Assembly: GCA_000708835.1 (NCBI GenBank)
Contig: DF236957.1
Span: 186,001-250,000, forward strand
DNA length: 64,000 bases
Direction of reading: 5' to 3'
DNA from: Klebsormidium nitens
Lineage: Eukaryota > Plantae > Klebsormidiophyceae
The position numbers and the translations under genes were made by a program. How positions within the stretch are numbered: the stretch's first letter is position 1; each line of letters begins with the position of its first letter. This document shows, piece by piece, positions 59,101 to 64,000 of the stretch. The notes below the pieces were generated by a model. The model was not told the origin of the DNA. It made no database searches and was given only the letters and a program-made list of their open reading frames with translations.

Positions 59101-62100
59101 GAGCACTGGAGAAGCATGGCACGAATTCCTGGATTTGAGATAGACGGTCTGCTTGAACTGGAAAACTCGTGTCACCTTGCAACTTCCGCTTTGTGCTTGC
59201 GTTTGGAATCGGTTGGTATGTGTAGAGTTTGTAAGGAGGGTGTCTTTCATTCGCAATTCCTCGCTCTTTCATCGACCTCCTAGTACAACTTAAAGACAAA
59301 AGCTGTCGTTTGAGCCCTGCCTAGCTTCAGCCACTCGTGAAGGCCACCCTGGAAAAGTAGGACGACGTCGAATTGCCCAAAACACCGATACATGCGCCAC
59401 ATTTGAGCAATCTTGCCATGCCAGGCCTCTGAAGGTTGTCGCACCTTGAGGAGCAAACGAGCTCAATCAAAAGTGCGATTCTGCTGAACGGCCGCCGGTC
59501 GCTTTCTTGTCTCTATGCAAACAATAGTATGAGCGACCCTGGCTCTAATTTGCCTGACCGCAAAGACTGGTATCAGCAACCCCGGCTCTTTTATCTTGTC
59601 CTGGCCCTGATTCGCATTCGACCTAATCTTGCAGTAGCCGGTACCATTGTACAACTGTGTTTGCCGTTCGTTTCCATTCATCTGTCTTCTGCTGCTTCTT
59701 AAATTTGACTTAAGAATGTATCCTCAAAGCCGTTCTGATCAATAGCACTAGTAGCCAACAGATCTGGTAGGGGGTAGCCATAGTGCGACTCCTCTGTGCG
59801 TGCTGACGTTTCGCTGATTTGGTCCGCTTCTGATTCCGATGCATACTAGGATGCTTTTTCAATGCTCGTAAGGCTGGTTAGCCCACTTCGTGGTATCTAA
59901 ATCTCATAAGTCCTGCCAGATAGCTCACGTCTCTTACTTACGTCGCCACGAGCTAACAGTGTTCGGCGTCCCCTCTGTGACACCGAGAGAGTACGTCGGA
60001 CGGTGAGACGGGTTTCATACCAGTACCAGATAGGTTCAGACATAATCCAGACATCTCCTGGTCACGGCCGGAACGAGCCTCCAGACACGGCGGACAACAT
60101 TCAGACAGGTCGATAAAATTTCGACGGACCCGCAGGCGAACAGCGCTCGCGGCCATGACGACCAGCTTACTCCATGAGCACTTTGTCTCAACCGAGATGC
60201 GAACGTCTTAGATGCCGCCCGTCACGGTGTCGCCTTTGGTAGCTAGCGCTGACGTTCTCCATTTGAAAAACCCTCACGAAGCCAACTCGCTTTCGAGCAC
60301 TAGGCTGTCTGTCAACCAACTCTGGAGCTCCATTTGCAGGCAAGTGCTCTCCTGTGTGCGCCCAAATGACAAGTCGACGTTATAATTTGTCACGATAGCT
60401 TTGGCGGCTTTTTGGTCGCGACTATGAAAAGCCCTGGAGTGACGTTGGAATAACGTCACTCCAATGTTTCGGCTTCGGGTTTCGCACGACAAACCAGAAA
60501 GTCGTTCGGTCGATACCTCAGAAATTGCATTTCAACAAAAATAAATGCAAGCTTCTTTTGTGTAGCAGCCGGGCGGGGGCCAGTCCGAATCCTTCTGCGC
60601 TCGTTGTCAGAATTTCTGGGTGCTAAAGAGCACTTCGAACAAAATTGAGAGATTGTGACTTCGATTAAACGAGTGATGGGCGGCTGTGCCGAGTCTTGGA
60701 GCACGACGCTTCAACAGCTCTCTCTGGGTTTTCCTGACGCTGATCTAATCGGGCCTCTTGACACGGCGAGAATCCCGGATTGTTGAGTGCCTCACTTTCA
60801 GATTGTTATATACGAATTAAACTCGGCGCGTCAATCTCAAAGCTAGGAGCTGAAATATGATTCAAGCCGTGGTGCTTGCTTCACATTACCATGTTCTTAG
60901 TAGCCGTTTCATGCGGATGCACTATTGATCGACACGTCCAGCAGGTACCGGTGGCTATGACGCACGTCAGAACGCGAGCATCGCTCACCGTTCCCGGCAA
61001 ATAGGACAGCTGTACCGTACTGAGACAAGCAGAGGATTGGAAAGCAACGATTGATCTCGTAACTCAAGGGTTAGCCGGCCTTGACATATCTGGTCCTGGC
61101 ATGCGGCCTTCTTCAAAGTATATTTTGCATCCGATACTGACAAGTTTGACGTCCGCAGCGTGCAAGGTGCTCGCTCTTGATCATCAGACGATTAGATTTA
61201 TCCCCCAGCGCTACATGAGTAGACAGACTTAGTTTGTCCGTCAAAGGACCGCTCGTCTCAACCCGGGAGTCCTTGCGCTGCGCATGCAGATGCCCTTTCC
61301 TGAGCATAGTACTCATTGTGGACTCGCGGAGTGGGCGAGGCATCCTGAGTTCGAATTGGCTAGTCGAGACGTTTGCTTGTATGATTGCCTCGTGCATACG
61401 CTTTGGCCCACTGGCCGGCAGAGTCCGAGGCAAAGCGCCTCAAGAACGCTGATTGAGGCAGCCGGGGCAACGAGTGGCTGTGACGAGAAGCTAATTGAGC
61501 AATATTAGCTCATTTCTTCTTGGTTGGTCCAGATGCCTTTCAAAAAGCTCTTTTTGGCTTTGGTGTGAGAAGATAATCCAATCTCTTTTCCGGCAACTGT
61601 ATCCACGGATTCTTGACAAGCGTATCCTAGTTCCAATTCTAGAAGGCAAACAGGGTTCCCCATTTGCGTCAGAAAACGAATGATCATGCGTGCTCGGCCC
61701 GGAAAGTGTGCACGACAAAGTCCTGCCGATCGGGCTCCGGTCAAACACACTTGGAGACACCACGTGTCTTACGCGGTCCACGTATCGCCCGGAACGGTGT
61801 TTCGTCAGCATCCGGCAGCTTAACTCCATTGCGGCCAGTGTAAGCAAGCTGTTTTTGAATGCCAAATCACCAGGTGATGTTGCCACAAGTGTTTTTGGCC
61901 AACAAACTTTGCGGCTCTGAAAGAATCTGAAGCACGAGCAGCAGCCGCTCAGAAAAAGGTTCAATTGTGGATGCCGTTTCTCAAGGTATCGTCAAATTGA
62001 ATCTGCCTAGAGCACTGGTCAGCCCGGCGCTCATCCCATTGTTTGCTTTGAGTGACATCAGATTGAAGGAAGAAGAACTTTAGATCAGTAATCAGAAGAC

Positions 62101-64000
62101 TTCGCAGCTTATCAAAGCCCTAAATCCATGTTTCAAGTGGGCAAAAACAACGTGTGACAGCGCGATGGCCGAATGGCTATGCGACGCAGGCGCGTAAGCT
62201 ATGCTTGAGTATACATCGTATGGCGTCCAAAGCCGCTCAACCGGTAAACAACTCCTGCATTCGCGGGATATAATGCTGACCTGGTTCTTCCGAGATTGGT
62301 CTCCGCCCACTTTTCCGGTCCGTCGATAACGCAGACTCGCACATTATATATACCTTGCGTGATTCTGTCACGAGGCCCAAGTTCGAAGAGATCCCTTCGC
62401 AGCCAGCTTCACCAAAGCTTCTTCGATGCAGGTATCTGCGGTCTTCTGAGCGCCTGGAGCCCCATATCCCTTCTAATTTGTTTCGCGGTTAGGACGAACT
62501 TAGATAATCTGAGCACGTGTTGCTCAAAGTAGCTTCCACATTCGGTCCGAGTTGACCAATGCGGTGCGCATTTCAATTCTGGCCTCGTTACGAGTTCGTG
62601 TGCCGTTCAAGTTGTTACAAGCTCGTGCGTCTGGATGCAGGCGGAATGTGTTGGACGCGATTTTCCCTTCATCCAGAGTTGAGTCGCAGGCTGCTTCTGG
62701 TCTTTCCGGTAACGTTGTGCATGGGGGATTCAGTGGTTGGCTGACATTTAATTTTGCCTATGGGAAACTATGAAGGAGGAAGCCCAGTTCGTCAACTTTT
62801 CTTTTTCAGAACGATTTCATAGTGCCTCGAAAATGCTGGCGGAGCTTACGTGCAGTAAACTCTGCCTTCATGGAAAAATCAACATAGTTTCTATATTTAT
62901 CTTTATCTGTCGCAGTCTCTGACGTGAGCTGACCGATCTAGGTGATAGCGGCTGTGAAGAAACAGAATTGTGCGCCCATGCTTCACCGACATGATGCACA
63001 TGTACCTTAAGAAATCGGGAGTCAGATGCCGCTCAGTGGGGTTAACAGCCCGTCAAAGGCAACGCGCTCTGAAGTCCTCAATGATTCGTTGTCTGGGTCC
63101 GGAGGCTGAATGCGTTACAACCTGTGCAATTTTCGAGCTATTGCGACCAGCAAAAGTGCCGGCTGCTGCGACACTCGAAGACAACTGGTTCGGTCTCACG
63201 CGGGTTGAAGGCCCGAGGTGAGCTGAAGCTTATGTGATTACATTGGTGCAAGCAATCGAAACCGTGGATACGAGCACGGGTGTACTGAATTGACGTCGTT
63301 CTAAATCTCTGCTCCAGACGCCGTTCGACAAGCTGTGCGCTGAACGTGTCTAGCCCTTAAACAATGCTTTTTCTTGCACGTGCTTGTTGCCCTCGCAGAG
63401 ATCTACTGACGTTCTCTTTCCTGCGCGCTTTGTAAAGGATATTAGCTAAAGCGCGAGAAACTTGAGTCGGTCTCTTGTCCCAAAAAGCGAGGCACTTCAG
63501 ATCGACGGGCCGTGTGAGAACTAGGAGTGGTTGGTGGCTATGATGGGCTGGCCAAAAGCACGAGCTGCGACCCGCTCAAGCACAATCCTCACTTCAGACG
63601 CTCCCGATGCCGTTCAGTAGCTTGCGCACCTTCTTTGCCGCTGCCCTTCATACCTGATCAGTCGCGCTGCTGGCTATCTCCGAGAAATAGCGGGGTCGAG
63701 CTTGATTGCCAGCGTTTGGCAGTACTCATAGTAAAGTTGACACTCATACGGAACCGCCAAACCACCCCTGTCATTTGCCCCCGTTTCATGCGCGGAGGCG
63801 GAATGGAGGCATTGATTACGCCATTCGAGGAGTGGGCTCTGTTTAGGCTCACCCCTCCTTCTCAACCTGTCGGATGCCGCAGCATACAGGGGTTGTTTCG
63901 ATGAAATGTCATCAGCATACAGCTTCTACAAACTTCGCCTTTGGGTACTCAGCGATTACTTGGAACAACTTATCCGCTACGATGCAGCTTTGAGATCCAC
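53140..64000 (+). pseudogene. Possible heavily decayed alpha-helical gene remnant(s); family unidentified
   Basis: Some + frames are stop-poor and helix-like: 53141-53685 has 2 stops in about 180 codons, and 61495-61920 has 1 internal stop in about 142 codons. Other stretches (56100-57460, about 17 stops in 455 codons) are close to random expectation, so support is weak. Confidence 0.25.

Noticed and set aside
1-64000. tRNA, rRNA or snoRNA genes
   Set aside because: The GTTCGA-containing sites I checked (for example 16817, 38060, 53884) lack cloverleaf context, and no rRNA-like sequence was recognised.

Overview
Eukaryotic, intron-rich genomic DNA. The gene content (a TRIPP homologue, three plant/cyanobacterial-type genes) and GC-rich exons suggest a streptophyte green alga such as Klebsormidium; this is an inference. 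By hand-splicing GT-AG exons I could build seven genes. (1) The 3' part of a membrane-bound fatty acyl-AMP ligase (FAAL)-ACP protein with three transmembrane/left-handed beta-helix modules, resembling the epsilon-poly-L-lysine synthetase C-terminus (30-10977, +). (2) A spermidine-synthase-like SAM methyltransferase (+). (3) An intronless kinase-like protein resembling fungal DUF3669-annotated proteins (-). (4) A small bPH_2 (DUF304) protein (+). (5, 6) A head-to-head intronless F-box/LRR (-) and Sel1-repeat (+) pair. (7) A TRIPP homologue (-), divergent from an eighth gene, a DevT/TIGR04168-like metallophosphoesterase (+) with a 4.6-kb last intron. The last 14 kb has no intact gene I can build, only possible decayed remnants, including a J-domain-like motif. 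The two best leads are the FAAL-ACP-Pls-like enzyme, a candidate lipid polymer or acyl-transfer synthase, and six separate tandem duplications that straddle splice sites ('shadow exons'). One of these is a six-copy array of CAG|GT junctions that could act as recursive-splicing points or intron-gain intermediates. No tRNA, rRNA or CRISPR array was recognised. All family assignments come from motif recognition, not database searches.
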